This document shows positions 62,920 through 64,000 of a stretch of DNA of 64,000 nucleotides, piece after piece. The translations under genes and the position numbers were made by a program. The notes beneath the pieces were generated by a model. It was not told the DNA's origin, made no database searches, and saw nothing but the letters and a program-made list of their open reading frames with translations. Position 1 is the first letter of the stretch. Each line of letters starts with the position of its first letter. The DNA is from Glaucostegus cemiculus (lineage: Eukaryota): assembly GCA_976551045.1 (NCBI GenBank), contig CDPCPM010000151.1:2108001-2172000 (forward strand). The letters run 5' to 3'.

Positions 62920-63325
62920 CACTTAGATCCCTCTGAGATCTCCAATCTCTTATCATTTAAACATTATACTTCTTTTTTCCCCCATCAATAGGGACAATTC
63001 TGCATTTTCCCACATTATACTGCATTTACCAGATCTTTGCCTATTGACTCAACCTATCTGTATCCCTTTCTGGCCTCTTTATGACATCTTAGTTCCCAAC
63101 CTATCATTGTGTCAATACCAAATTAGCAACCTTATCTTCCGTCCATTCATCTAAGTCATTTACGTAGAGTTGAGAGCCCAGCACTGATCATTTTGACACA
63201 TTACTTGTCACACCTTGCCACCCAGAAACTGACTCATTTATGCTTACATTCTGCTTCTTTTGGCCAGCCAATCTTCTATCCATTCCAATACGTTACCTCC
63301 TACCTCATGTGTTTTTACTGTCTTC
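62920..63325 (-). mobile_element. Old CR1 internal RT relic
   Basis: Plus-strand TGTGTCAATACCAAAT..CATCTAAGTCATTTAC..CCCAGCACTGATC is the reverse of SVLG..NDLD..DT. Confidence 0.6.
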
Positions 63326-64000
63326 AATGTCTTGCTGAAGACAAGATACCCCATAGTGCAAGAGTTTCGATAAACATGGGTTTGGCTGTGAATGATACAC
63401 ATTTATAACCTAAGTGTGCAATTTGTCTGAAGCAGTTCACATCTTTTGATATATACTGTTCAACAGAGACTGGTGGACATATCTGAATGGTTTTCTTTTG
63501 CTTAATTCAGTAATGTCAACTATTTTCTTTGCCTTTTCATGTACTCCCTTTTAGCTTGAATTATCTTAAATTTGTTTATATCAGCCATCATCATATTCTG
63601 TCTATTTATTTAATACCACCAATCTTCCCTGTTCCAGCTCAGCGTTCACACACTTTGTAACCACATTTACTGTCAAAATTTGAGATTATCACTGGAAGTA
63701 TCTTATCTGTGCAGCTTAGAGTGACATGAACTACAAAGAATGCAGAGACATCTATTGAACCTTGTGGAGTCAGTGGCTTTAAAATGACATTCTCTACATT
63801 AATCATCTCCTTTAGTTTTCCACAGATGGGGCAGCTTTCAATTTGGACAGAGTAATTTGTAATTAATTCTGAGTCTCTTTGCCTTCCCTAAAAGCATCAC
63901 ATATAGAAAAAAAATTAAACGTCTTCTAAATATACAAGTAAATTAAATCTCTCTTCCGCTAATTTAGTTACCTCCTTAAAGAATTATTGTAGATTCATGA

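Overview
Eukaryotic, AT-rich, CpG-depleted vertebrate DNA whose repeat content (V-core tRNA SINEs, Deu-type SINE relics, CR1 and Rex1/Babar LINEs, Penelope-type ends) points to a cartilaginous fish, probably a ray or other batoid (inference). I found no recognisable host gene, RNA gene, CRISPR array or prokaryote-type system. Every long ORF belongs to a retrotransposon or is its antisense shadow, so the window reads as a large intron or intergenic region with a few enhancer-like blocks. Main points: (1) a young Rex1-type LINE with a perfect 7-bp TSD whose ATG opens an unbroken 582-aa RT-only ORF; (2) one SINE head and core carrying two alternative tails (CR1-type and Rex1-type), with a 3' stem-loop shared by the SINE and three Rex1 families; (3) a very old Gypsy provirus, absent from the ORF track, with both LTRs still alignable and nested insertions; (4) a 716-bp solo LTR with TSD and four CCAAT boxes plus TATA; (5) hammerhead-ribozyme cores in Penelope-type ends; (6) local duplications and a fold-back scar. 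All calls are by eye without database searches, and boundaries of old repeats are approximate. I did not find a convincing new biological system; the SINE/LINE tail-hairpin partnership is the best candidate for something undescribed.
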